Positions 1 to 13,300 of a stretch of 64,000 nucleotides of DNA are shown one piece after another. Both the position numbers and the translations under genes were made by a program. The notes beneath the pieces were generated by a model. That model was given only the letters and a program-made list of their open reading frames with translations, was not told where the DNA came from and searched no databases. The DNA comes from Candidatus Oxydemutatoraceae bacterium. Lineage in GTDB: Bacteria; Pseudomonadota; Gammaproteobacteria; Poriferisulfidales; Oxydemutatoraceae. Where the stretch lies: NCBI GenBank assembly GCA_965220085.1, contig CBDCOZ010000003.1:1792001-1856000 (forward strand), given 5' to 3'. Within the stretch, counting starts at the first letter, position 1, and every line of letters begins with the position of its first letter.

Positions 1-3000
1 TGTCGCATCAGTGTCCGCAATCTGCAACTGCGGCAGAGTCTCGTCAATATCTGTTACGGCGATGGTCAGAGATAGCTCATTGGAATCTATGCCGTCCCTG
101 CTCGCCTGCGCCCTGACCGTGTGTTGCGTTGCTGCCGCGTAGTCCAATGCGCCCTCTACGGTTATCACGCCGGTGTTACTCGTGATGGCAAACAAGCTGC
201 CTGCGTCATCGGTCAGGCTCCAGACCACTGCGCTTACCGTAGATCCACCCTCGTCTCTCACCGTCAAAGCAATGCCCGGTACCACGGTGCCGGCGGGCGC
301 ATTCTCCGCAATGGTATTGCCGCCAGTGTCGCTATCCGCTATCGTCAATGTCTCCAGCACATTCTCCACATCTACCGTTATTGAGAATGCGACCGAAGTC
401 ACTCCGTCTTTCGCGGCTTGCGCCATTAATGTGTGGCTCTCGCCGCCAGCCGCTTCAAAATCTAAATCGCCCGCCACACTGATTACGCCTGTGTTAGTCG
501 CAATCGCAAACAGGCCGCTTGCATCATCAGGCAGACTCCATGTCAGGTCGGTTACCGTAGCGCCACCTTCGTCTCTCGCCGACAGAGTGACGCCGATCAC
601 TTCGGCGCCAATCGTTGCGTTCTCCGCAATGGCATTGGCGCCGGCGTCGTTATCCGCTACCGTCAATGTCTCCAGCACATTCAATACATTTATTGCCAGG
701 GTCAGTGTGGCAGACTGATAACTGTCGACCTCGGCGGTTACCGTTACGCTATGGCTGCGCGCGGTTTCGTAGTCCAGTGTCTTGCCCGCAATCAATGTAA
801 TCTCTCCGTTAGCGCTGTCTATTGCAAATGAGCCGCTCGGATCGGTCAGGCTCCAGACCGCTCCGCTTACAACATTGCTATCAGCGTCTTGTGCCGCCAG
901 CGTTACATCCGCTATCGCAGTGCCTCCCGTTGCCGACTCCGCTATCGTCGCTGTGTTGGCATCGCCTGTCGCATCAGTGTCCGCAATCTGCAACTGCGGC
1001 AGAGTCTCGTCAATATCTGTTACGGCGATGGTCAGAGATAGCTCATTGGAATCTATGCCGTCCTTGCTCGCCTGCGCCCTGACCGTGTGTTGCGTCGCCG
1101 CCGCGTAGTCCAATGCGCCCTCTACGGTTATCACGCCGGTGTTACTCGTGATGGCAAACAAGCTGCCTGCGTCATCGGTCAGGCTCCAGACCACTGCGCT
1201 TACCGTAGATCCACCCTCGTCTCTCACCGTCAAAGCAATGCCCGGTACCACGGTGCCGGCGGGCGCATTCTCCGCAATGGTATTGCCGCCAGTGTCGCTA
1301 TCCGCTATCGTCAATGTCTCCAGCACATTCTCCACAGTTATCGTTATTGAGAATGCGACCGAAGTCACTCCGTCTTTCGCGGCTTGCGCCATTAATGTGT
1401 GGCTCTCCCCGCCAGCCGCTTCAAAATTCAATGCGCCCGCCACACTGATTACGCCTGTGTTAGTCGCAATCGCAAACAGGCCGCCAGCGTTATCAGGCAG
1501 ACTCCATGTCAGGTCGGTTACCGGACGACCGCCTTCATCACTCGCCGTCAGAGTGACACCGCTCACTTCGGCGCCGATCGTTGCGTTCTCCGCAATGGCA
1601 TTAGCGCCGGCGTCGCTATCCGCTATCGTCAATGTCTCCAGCACATTCTCCACAGTTACCGTTACTGAGAATGCGGCCGAAGTCACTCCGTCTTTCGCGG
1701 CTTGCGCCATTAATGTGTGACTCTCGCCGCCAACCGCTTCAAAATCCAAATCGCCGGCCACACTGATTACGCCTGTGTCAGTCGCAATCGCAAACAGGCC
1801 GCTTGCATCATCAGGCAGACTCCATGTCAGGTCGGTTACCGTAGCGCCACCCTCGTCGCTCACTGTCAGAGTGACGCCGGTCACTTCGGCGCCGATCGTT
1901 GCATTCTCCGCAATGGTATTGTCGCCAGTGTCGTTATCCGCTACCGTCAATGTCTCCAGCACATTCAATACATTTATTGCCAGGGTCAGTGTGGCAGACT
2001 GATAACTGTCAACTTCGGCAGTTACCGTGACGCTGTGGCGGCGCGCACTGCTGTCTTCGTAGTCCAGCGTGTTGCTCGCAACCAAAGTAATCTCGCCGTT
2101 GGCATTGTCTATTGCAAACAAGCCGCTCGGATCGGTCAGGCTCCAGACCGCTCCGCTCACAACATTGCTATCAGCGTCTTGTGCCGCCAGTGTCACATCC
2201 GCTATCGCAGCGCCTGCCGACGCATCCTCCGCTATCGTCGCTGTGTTGGCATCGCCTGTCGTATCAGTGTCCGCAATCTGCAACTGCGGCAGAGTCTCGT
2301 CAATATCTGTTACGGCGATGGTCAGAGATAGCTCATTGGAATCTATGCCGTCCTTGCTCGCCTGCGCCCTGACCGTGTGTTGCGTCGCCGCCGCGTAGTC
2401 CAATGCGCCCTCTACGGTTATCACGCCGGTGTTACTCGTGATGGCAAACAAGCTGCCTGCGTCATCGGTCAGGCTCCAGACCACTGCGCTTACCGTAGAT
2501 CCACCCTCGTCTCTCACCGTCAAAGCAATGCCCGGTACCACGGTGCCGGCGGGCGCATTCTCCGCAATGGCATTAGCGCCAGTGTCGCTATCCGCTATCG
2601 TCAATGTCTCCAGCACATTCTCCACAGTTATCGTTATTGAGAATGCGACCGAAGTCACTCCGTCTTTCGCGGCTTGCGCCATTAATATGTGACTCTCGCC
2701 GCCAACCGCTTCAAAATCCAAATCGCCGGCCACACTGATTACGCCTGTGTTAGTCGCAATCGCAAACAGGCCGCTTGCATCATCAGGCAGACTCCATGTC
2801 AGGTCGGTTACCGTAGCGCCACCTTCGTCTCTCGCCGACAGAGTGACGCCGATCACTTCGGCGCCAATCGTTGCGTTCTCCGCAATGGCATTAGCGCCGG
2901 CGTCGCTATCCGCTATCGTCAATGTCTCCAGCACATTCTCCACAGTTACCGTTACTGAGAATGCGACCGAAGTCACTCCGTCTTTCGCGGCTTGCGCCAT

Positions 3001-6000
3001 TAATGTGTGACTCTCGCCGCCAACCGCTTCAAAATCCAAATCGCCGGCCACACTGATTACGCCTGTGTTAGTCGCAATCGCAAACAGGCCGCTTGCATCA
3101 TCAGGCAGACTCCATGTCAGGTCGGTTACCGTAGCGCCACCTTCGTCTCTCGCCGACAGAGTGACGCCGATCACTTCGGCGCCAATCGTTGCATTCTCCG
3201 CAACGGCATTAGCGCCGGCGTCGCTATCCGCTATCGTCAATTTCTCCAGCACATTCTCCACAGTTACCGTTACTGAGAATGCGGCCGAAGTCACTCCGTC
3301 TTTCGCGGCTTGCGCCATTAATGTGTGACTCTCGCCGCCAACCGCTTCAAAATCCAAATCGCCGGCCACACTGATTACGCCTGTGTTAGTCGCAATCGCA
3401 AACAGGCCGCTTGCATCATCAGGCAGACTCCATGTCAGGTCGGTTACCGTAGCGCCACCCTCGTCGCTCACTGTCAGAGTGACGCCGGTCACTTCGGCGC
3501 CAACCGTTGCATTCTCCGCAATGGTATTGTCGCCAGTGTCGTTATCCGCTACCGTCAATGTCTCCAGCACATTCAATACATTTATTGCCAGGGTCAGTGT
3601 GGCAGACTGATAACTGTCGACCTCGGCGGTTACCGTTACGCTATGGCTGCGCGCGGTTTCGTAGTCCAGTGTCTTGCCCGCAATCAATGTAATCTCTCCG
3701 TTAGCGCTGTCTATTGCAAATGAGCCGCTCGGATCGGTCAGGCTCCAGACCGCTCCGCTTACAACATTGCTATCAGCGTCTTGTGCCGCCAGCGTTACAT
3801 CCGCTATCGCAGTGCCTCCCGTTGCCGACTCCGCTATCGTCGCTGTGTTGGCATCGCCTGTCGCATCAGTGTCCGCAATCTGCAACTGCGGCAGAGTCTC
3901 GTCAATATCTGTTACGGCGATGGTCAGAGATAGCTCATTGGAATCTATGCCGTCCTTGCTCGCCTGCGCCCTGACCGTGTGTTGCGTCGCCGCCGCGTAG
4001 TCCAATGCGCCCTCTACGGTTATCACGCCGGTGTTACTCGTGATGGCAAACAAGCTGCCTGCGTCATCGGTCAGGCTCCAGACCACTGCGCTTACCGTAG
4101 ATCCACCCTCGTCTCTCACCGTCAAAGCAATGCCCGGTACCACGGTGCCGGCGGGCGCATTCTCCGCAATGGCATTAGCGCCGGCGTCGCTATCCGCTAT
4201 CGTCAATGTCTCCAGCACATTCTCCACAGTTACCGTTACTGAGAATGCGGCCGAAGTCACTCCGTCTTTCGCGGCTTGCGCCATTAATGTGTGACTCTCG
4301 CCGCCAACCGCTTCAAAATCCAAATCGCCGGCCACACTGATTACGCCTGTGTCAGTCGCAATCGCAAACAGGCCGCTTGCATCATCAGGCAGACTCCATG
4401 TCAGGTCGGTTACCGTAGCGCCACCCTCGTCGCTCACTGTCAGAGTGACGCCGGTCACTTCGGCGCCAACCGTTGCATTCTCCGCAATGGTATTGTCGCC
4501 AGTGTCGTTATCCGCTACCGTCAATGTCTCCAGCACATTCAATACATTTATTGCCAGGGTCAGTGTGGCAGACTGATAACTGTCGACCTCGGCGGTTACC
4601 GTTACGCTATGGCTGCGCGCGGTTTCGTAGTCCAGTGTCTTGCCCGCAATCAATGTAATCTCTCCGTTAGCGCTGTCTATTGCAAATGAGCCGCTCGGAT
4701 CGGTCAGGCTCCAGACCGCTCCGCTTACAACATTGCTATCAGCGTCTTGTGCCGCCAGCGTTACATCCGCTATCGCAGTGCCTCCCGTTGCCGACTCCGC
4801 TATCGTCGCTGTGTTGGCATCGCCTGTCGCATCAGTGTCCGCAATCTGCAACTGCGGCAGAGTCTCGTCAATATCTGTTACGGCGATGGTCAGAGATAGC
4901 TCATTGGAATCTATGCCGTCCTTGCTCGCCTGCGCCGTTATCGTGTGGCTCTCTGCCGTCTCAAAATTCAATGCGCCAGCCACCGTGACCTCGCCGCCAG
5001 TGCTAATCGCAAACAGGCCGCCAGCGTTATCAGGCAGACTCCATGTCAGGTCGGTTACCGGACGACCGCCTTCATCACTCGCCGTCAGAGTGACACCGCT
5101 CACTTCGGCGCCGATCGTTGCGTTCTCCGCAATGGCATTAGCGCCGGCGTCGCTATCCGCTATCGTCAATGTCTCCAGCACATTCTCCACAGTTACCGTT
5201 ACTGAGAATGCGGCCGAAGTCACTCCGTCTTTCGCGGCTTGCGCCATTAATGTGTGACTCTCGCCGCCAACCGCTTCAAAATCCAAATCGCCGGCCACAC
5301 TGATTACGCCTGTGTTAGTCGCAATCGCAAACAGGCCGCTTGCATCATCAGGCAGACTCCATGTCAGGTCGGTTACCGTAGCGCCACCCTCGTCGCTCAC
5401 TGTCAGAGTGACGCCGGTCACTTCGGCGCCAATCGTTGCATTCTCCGCAATGGTATTGTCGCCAGTGTCGTTATCCGCTACCGTCAATGTCTCCAGCACA
5501 TTCAATACATTTATTGCCAGGGTCAGCGTGGCAGACTGATAACTGTCGACTTCGGCGGTTACCGTTACGCTATGGCTGCGCGCGGTTTCGTAGTCCAGTG
5601 TCTTGCCCGCAATCAATGTAATCTCTCCGTTAGCGCTGTCTATTGCAAATGAGCCGCTCGGATCGGTCAGGCTCCAGACCGCTCCGCTTACAACATTGCT
5701 ATCAGCGTCTTGTGCCGCCAGCGTTACATCCGCTATCGCAGTGCCTCCCGTTGCCGACTCCGCTATCGTCGCTGTGTTGGCATCGCCTGTCGCATCAGTG
5801 TCCGCAATCTGCAACTGCGGCAGAGTCTCGTCAATATCTGTTACGGCGATGGTCAGAGATAGCTCATTGGAATCTATGCCGTCTTTGCTCGCCTGCGCCG
5901 TGACCGTGTGTTGCGTTGCCGCCGCGTAGTCCAATGCGCCCTCTGCGGTTATCACGCCGGTGTTACTCGTGATGGCAAACAAGCTGCCTGCGTCATCGGT

Positions 6001-9000
6001 CAGGCTCCAGACCACTGCGCTTACCGTAGATCCACCCTCGTCTCTCACCGTCAAAGCAATGCCCGGTACCACGGTGCCGGCGGGCGCATTCTCCGCAATG
6101 GTATTGCCGCCAGTGTCGCTATCCGCTATCGTCAATGTCTCCAGCACATTCTCCACAGTTATCGTTATTGAGAATGCGACCGAAGTCACTCCGTCTTTCG
6201 CGGCTTGCGCCATTAATGTGTGACTCTCGCCGCCAACCGCTTCAAAATCCAAATCGCCGGCCACACTGATTACGCCTGTGTTAGTCGCAATCGCAAACAG
6301 GCCGCTTGCATCATCAGGCAGACTCCATGTCAGGTCGGTTACCGTAGCGCCACCCTCGTCGCTCACTGTCAGAGTGACGCCGGTCACTTCGGCGCCGATC
6401 GTTGCGTTCTCCGCAATGGTATTGGCGCCAGTGTTGCTATCCGCTATCGTCAATGTCTCCAGCACATTCAATACATTTATTGCCAGGGTCAGTGTGGCAG
6501 ACTGATAACTGTCGACTTCGGCGGTTACCGTTACGCTATGGCTGCGCGCGGTTTCGTAGTCCAGTGTCTTGCCCGCAATCAATGTAATCTCTCCGTTAGC
6601 GCTGTCTATTGCAAATGAGCCGCTCGGATCGGTCAGGCTCCAGACCGCTCCGCTTACAACATTGCTATCAGCGTCTTGTGCCGCCAGCGTTACATCCGCT
6701 ATCGCAGTGCCTCCCGTTGCCGACTCCGCTATCGTCGCCGTGTTGGCAGCGCCTGTTGCATCGGTGTCCGCAATCTGTAGCTGCGGCAGGGTCTCATCAA
6801 TATCTGTTACGGCGATGGTCAGAGATAGCTCATTGGAATCTATGCCGTCTTTGCTCGCCTGCGCCGTGACCGTGTGTTGCGTTGCCGCCGCGTAGTCCAA
6901 TGCGCCCTCTGCGGTTATCACGCCGGTGTTACTCGTGATGGCAAACAAGCTGCCTGCGTCATCGGTCAGGCTCCAGACCACTGCGCTTACCGTAGATCCA
7001 CCCTCGTCTCTCACCGTCAAAGCAATGCCCGGTACCACGGTGCCGGCGGGCGCATTCTCCGCAATGGTATTGCCGCCAGTGTCGCTATCCGCTATCGTCA
7101 ATGTCTCCAGCACATTCTCCACAGTTATCGTTATTGAGAATGCGGCCGAAGTCACTCCGTCTTTCGCGGCTTGCGCCATTAATGTGTGGCTCTCGCCGCC
7201 AGCCGCTTCAAAATCTAAATCGCCCGCCACACTGATTACGCCTGTGTCAGTCGCAATCGCAAACAGGCCGCCAGCGTTACCAGGCAGACTCCATGTCAGG
7301 TCGGTTACCGGACGACTGCCCTCGTCGCTCACTGTCAGAGTGACGCCGGTCACTTCGGCGCCGATCGTTGCGTTCTCCGCAATGGTATTGGCGCCGGCGT
7401 TGCTATCCGCTATCGTCAATGTCTCCAGCACATTCTCCACAGTTATCGTTATTGAGAATGCGACCGAAGTCACTCCGTCTTTCGCGGCTTGCGCCATTAA
7501 TGTGTGACTCTCGCCGCCAACCGCTTCAAAATCCAAATCGCCGGCCACACTGATTACGCCTGTGTCAGTCGCAATCGCAAACAGGCCGCTTGCATCATCA
7601 GGCAGACTCCATGTCAGGTCGGTTACCGTAGCGCCACCCTCGTCGCTCACTGTCAGAGTGACGCCGGTCACTTCGGCGCCGATCGTTGCATTCTCCGCAA
7701 TGGTATTGTCGCCAGTGTCGTTATCCGCTACCGTCAATGTCTCCAGCACATTCAATACATTTATTGCCAGGGTCAGTGTGGCAGACTGATAACTGTCGAC
7801 CTCGGCGGTTACCGTTACGCTATGGCTGCGCGCGGTTTCGTAGTCCAGTGTCTTGCCCGCAATCAATGTAATCTCTCCGTTAGCGCTGTCTATTGCAAAT
7901 GAGCCGCTCGGATCGGTCAGGCTCCAGACCGCTCCGCTTACAACATTGCTATCAGCGTCTTGTGCCGCCAGCGTTACATCCGCTATCGCAGTGCCTCCCG
8001 TTGCCGACTCCGCTATCGTCGCTGTGTTGGCATCGCCTGTCGCATCAGTGTCCGCAATCTGCAACTGCGGCAGAGTCTCGTCAATATCTGTTACGGCGAT
8101 GGTCAGAGATAGCTCATTGGAATCTATGCCGTCCCTGCTCGCCTGCGCCCTGACCGTGTGTTGCGTTGCTGCCGCGTAGTCCAATGCGCCCTCTACGGTT
8201 ATCACGCCGGTGTTACTCGTGATGGCAAACAAGCTGCCTGCGTCATCGGTCAGGCTCCAGACCACTGCGCTTACCGTAGATCCACCCTCGTCTCTCACCG
8301 TCAAAGCAATGCCCGGTACCACGGTGCCGGCGGGCGCATTCTCCGCAATGGTATTGTCGCCAGTGTCGTTATCCGCTATCGTCAATGTCTCCAGCACATT
8401 CTCCACAGTTATCGTTATTGAGAATGCGACCGAAGTCACTCCGTCTTTCGCGGCTTGCGCCATTAATGTGTGGCTCTCGCCGCCAGCCGCTTCAAAATCT
8501 AAATCGCCCGCCACACTGATTACGCCTGTGTTAGTCGCAATCGCAAACAGGCCGCTTGCATCATCAGGCAGACTCCATGTCAGGTCGGTTACCGTAGCGC
8601 CACCTTCGTCTCTCGCCGACAGAGTGACGCCGATCACTTCGGCGCCAATCGTTGCGTTCTCCGCAATGGCATTGGCGCCGGCGTCGCTATCCGCTATCGT
8701 CAATTTCTCCAGCACATTCGTCACGTTTATTGTCAGTGTCACTACGGCAGGCTGATAACTGTCGACTTCGGCAGTTACCGTGACGCTGTGGCTGCGCGCA
8801 CTGCTGTCTTCGTAATCCAGCGTGTTGCTCGCAACCAAAGTAATCTCGCCGTTAGCGCTGTCTATTGCAAACAAGCCGCTCGGATCGGTCAGGCTCCAGA
8901 CCGCTCCGCTCACAACATTGCTATCAGCGTCTTGTGCCGCCAGTGTCACATCCGCTATCGCAGCGCCTGCCGACGCATCCTCCGCTATCACCGCAGTGTT

Positions 9001-10330
9001 GGCATCGCCTGTCGCATCGGTGTCCGCAATCTGCAACTGCGGCAGGCTCTCGTCAATATCCGTTACGGCGATGGTCAGAGATAGCTCATTGGAATCTATG
9101 CCGTTTTTCGCGGCTTGCGCCATTAATGTGTGGCTTTCGCCGCCAGCCGCTTCAAAATCCAAATCGCCCGCCACACTGATTACGCCTGTGTTAGTCGCAA
9201 TCGCAAACAGGCCGCCAGCGTTATCAGGCAGACTCCATGTCAGGTCGGTTACCGCATTGCTGCCTTCGTCACTCGCCGTCAGAGTGATGCCGCTCACTTC
9301 AGTGCCGATCGTTGCATTCTCCGCAATGGCATTGGCGCCGGCGTTGCTATCCGCTATCGTCAATGTCTCCAGCACATTCTCCACAGTTACCGTTATTGAG
9401 AATGCGGCCGAAGTCACTCCGTCTTTCGCGGCTTGCGCCATTAATGTGTGGCTCTCCCCGCCAGCCGCTTCAAAATCCAAATCGCCCGCCACACTGATTA
9501 CGCCTGTGTCAGTCGCAATCGCAAACAGGCCGCCAGCGTTACCAGGCAGACTCCATGTCAGGTCGGTTACCGCATTGCTGCCTTCGTCACTCGCCGTCAG
9601 AGTGATGCCGATCACTTCGGCGCCAATCGTTGCGTTCTCCGCAATGGCATTGGCGCCGGCGTTGCTATCCGCTATCGTCAATGTCTCCAGCACATTCTCC
9701 ACAGTTACCGTTATTGAGAATGCGGCCGAAGTCACTCCGTCTTTCGCGGCTTGCGCCATTAATGTGTGGCTCTCGCCGCCAGCCGCTTCAAAATCCAAAT
9801 CGCCCGCCACACTGACTACGCCTGTGTCAGTCGCAATCGCAAACAGGCCGCCAGCGTTACCAGGCAGACTCCATGTCAGGTCGGTTACCGGACGACTGCC
9901 CTCGTCGCTCACTGTCAGAGTGACGCCGGTCACTTCGGCGCCGATCGTTGCGTTCTCCGCAATGGTATTGGCGCCAGTGTTGCTATCCGCTATCGTCAAT
10001 GTCTCCAGCACATTCTCCACAGTTACCGTTACTGAGAATGCGGCCGAAGTCACTCCGTCTTTCGCGGCTTGCGCCATTAATGTGTGACTCTCGCCGCCAA
10101 CCGCTTCAAAATCCAAATCGCCGGCCACACTGACTACGCCTGTGTCAGTCGCAATTGCAAACAGGCCGCTTGCATCATCAGGCAGACTCCAGATCAGGTC
10201 GGTTACCGGACGACTGCCTTCGTCGCTCACTGTCAGAGTGACGCCGGTCACTTCGGCGCCGATCGTTGCGTTCTCCGCAATGGCATTGTCGCCGGCGCCG
10301 CTATCCGCTATCGTCAGTGTCTCCAGTACA
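1..10330. repeat. Mosaic higher-order array of ~318-330 bp cadherin-coding units, base period ~966 bp
   Basis: The same unit recurs at 121, 1087, 2377, 3979, 5908, 6874 and 8158. Spacings are 966, 1290, 1602, 1929, 966 and 1284, i.e. 966 plus roughly whole 318-bp units. Confidence 0.9.
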
Positions 10331-13300
10331 TTCGTTACGGCGATGGTCACTTCTAACGTAACCGTAACCGGATCGTCGCTGTCCGGAATTTGCTCGGCAG
10401 GCACCGTAGCCGATACCGTCACCTTGTAACTGGCATTCGCCGACATCTCAAAATCCAGCTCACCCGCTGTCATCAACAGAATCGCGCCATTCTCGTCTAT
10501 CCGAAACGGCCCGCCATCTGTCAGACTCCAAGTCACTCCGCTAATCAACTCGCCGCGCTCGCTCACCGCCAAATCCACATTGCTCACCGCCGTGCCCGCC
10601 GCCGCATTCTCGGCTATCTCGTTTGCGCCCTCGTCGTTGTCTGTCAGAGCGATATTGGCCGCCTCTGTCACATTTGCCACCTCGACAGTCAGGTCGATGG
10701 TTGCCGTGCGCAAACCACCCGCCGTTGCCTGCGCCCGCAATGCATATGTGCGCGTTGATTCAAAGTCCAGCGCGTGATCCGCCGCCAGCAAAGTGATGGC
10801 TCCGATCTCGCTAATCGCAAACTGACCGCCGGCATCATCGCTCAGCTCCCATGCGATGTCCTCTGTCAGCGTCTCGGTGTTCGTGCCGTCACTCAGTCGC
10901 ACCTGCAACGCAATGCCCGCCACCGCGTCGCCGACCGCCGCGGTTTCCGCTATCGTGCCAGTCGTGCCGCCCAATGCATTCACAATCTCTATGTCCGGTT
11001 CGGCAATCGTAGCCACACTGCGCACCGCCTCTCCGCCATTGATGACAGCCGCGACATGGTATGCGTATCCGGCGCCGGTACGCGCGGTGGCGTCGGCATA
11101 ATTCGTGTCACTTAAACCACTCTCCAACAGGACTTTGTCACGATAGACGCTGTACGTAATCGCCGGCGGGTTGGTCCATTCGGCGGGAACGCTCGGCGCA
11201 CTCCAACTCAATTCTCTGGACGAACCAAATCCGCTCGCTGTCAGCTCTGGCAAGTCGCGCAACTGGTAGCCGAACTCTTGCCAACTCGCCGTGCCGTCGT
11301 TGTCAAAGTCAACCTTCAGCGCGGGGTATTGGCTCGCGCTGCCAAAGTCCCAATTATCGGCGCCGTCCGCATTCCAATCGGCGTAGATGCCGTCATAGCC
11401 GGGCGGGGTTTGCAACTCGTCGGTCGTCCGACCGGCTTGATAATTTATGGCGCCGGAGTAGAAGTTCCCAATGATTTGAGTCGCAGCGGATGTCTCGGTA
11501 TCCCAATAAACCGCAACGTATGAGAGACGTGTGGTTTGAGACCGGTCGCCCACAATGCCGCCTTGATTGCCATCTTCATCATCACCGCGAACCAGAGCGG
11601 TGGAATAACCGTAATTCAGCATCTCTCGGTCAACTCTCACGCCAATCAAACCGCCGCCATCATCCGCATTGACGCTGCCGGTCGCATAGATATGATCCAT
11701 TCTGGCAACCCTGCTGATGCTCGGCGCTACCAAACCGACCAAACCGCCGCCGGCACCCGCCGGCGCCGATACATTGCCGCTCGCATAACTCGTCCGCAAC
11801 CCGCTCCCCACAAGCCGCCCGGCTAAGGCGCCGGCTGCGCTGCCGCCTTGTGCCGTTACCGAAGACCAACTGTTTGCAACCTCGGCCTGACCGCCAGTCA
11901 CCGCGCCGACCAGACCGCCGACTTGAGCATCGCTGCCCGCAGCCGTCACCGAGCCGGTCACGCCGACATTGCCAAGCTCCGCAGCGCTATCGCCGACCAC
12001 GCCAATCACACCGAACAAGCCAAGCGCCCCTTCCGTCGCGGCGCTGTTGATGTAGAGGTTGTCAATCGTATTGCCATTGCCGTCAAACCGCGCCGCAAAA
12101 CGGTGGCCCGAAACCCCGATCGGTTTCCAACCCGCTCCGCCTTCGCCTGCGCTCCAGCCTTTGTTAACGGCGCCGGAGGCGTAGTCGTCCCCGGCATCAA
12201 AATCCAAATCATTCGCCAATTCGTAGCCGATGCAAGACGTAATCGTCGGGTCGTCGTCAGCCGGATGCGCGGGCGTCGGGCAACCCGAAGCGCCGGCGCC
12301 GAAAGCCATCAGATACACATCGGTGCTTGTCGAAGCAATGCCATCGCCGTCCAAGTCCCAGCGCATCGCGTCCAATTGTTCCAGCGTCGTAATCTCAATC
12401 AGGCCGTCGCGGTCGCTATCACGCGCCCGTTGCACCGCTATCGTCAGCGACAGCGGGCTTGATACCACCGTGTCGGTTGTGGCTTGCGCCGTTATCGTGT
12501 GCGTCTGTGCCGTCTCAAAATCCAATGTGCCCGCCACCGTAACTTCGCCGCCAGCGGAACTAATCGCAAACAGGCCGCCCGCATTATTGGTCAGACTCCA
12601 TGTCATGTCGGTTACCGGACGACCGCCTTCATCACTCGCCGACAGAGCGATGCCGGTTACTTCGGCTCCAATCGGCGCGTTCTCGGCAATGGCATTGGCA
12701 ACGGCATCGCTATCGGCAATCGTCAGTCTCTCCAATACATTGGTTACGGCAATGGTCAGGCTGAGGTCGCCGGAATCCACGCCGTCCTTGCCGGCTTGCA
12801 CGGTCACCGCATAGCTGTTCGGCAGGGTCTCGTAATCCAATGAGCCCGAATTGATGAGGCTGATCGCGCCGGTGGCGCTGTCTATTGCAAATAAGCCGCT
12901 TGCATCGGTCAGGCTCCAGGTCACTCCGCTTACCGCATTGCCATCCTCGTCGGTCACGGTCAGAGCAATGCCCGGTACCGGCACACCGGCGGTCGCATTC
13001 TCGACCAGCTCTATCGCGCCGCTGCCGCTATTCGCCGCCGTCAATGTCTCCAACACATTCTCCACCGCTATCGTCAGCGCTATCGTGTTCGCGATGGCGG
13101 CGGTTGAGGCTTGCGCCGTTATCGCGTGGCTCTGCGCCGTCTCAAAATCCAATGCGCCCGCCACCGTTACCTCGCCGCCGGCGCCAATCGCAAACAAGCC
13201 GCCGGCATCATTAGTCAGACTCCATGTCAGGTCGGTTACCAAACGATTGCCTTCGTCACGCACCGTCAGAGTGACGCCGGTCACTTCGTCGCCGATCGTT

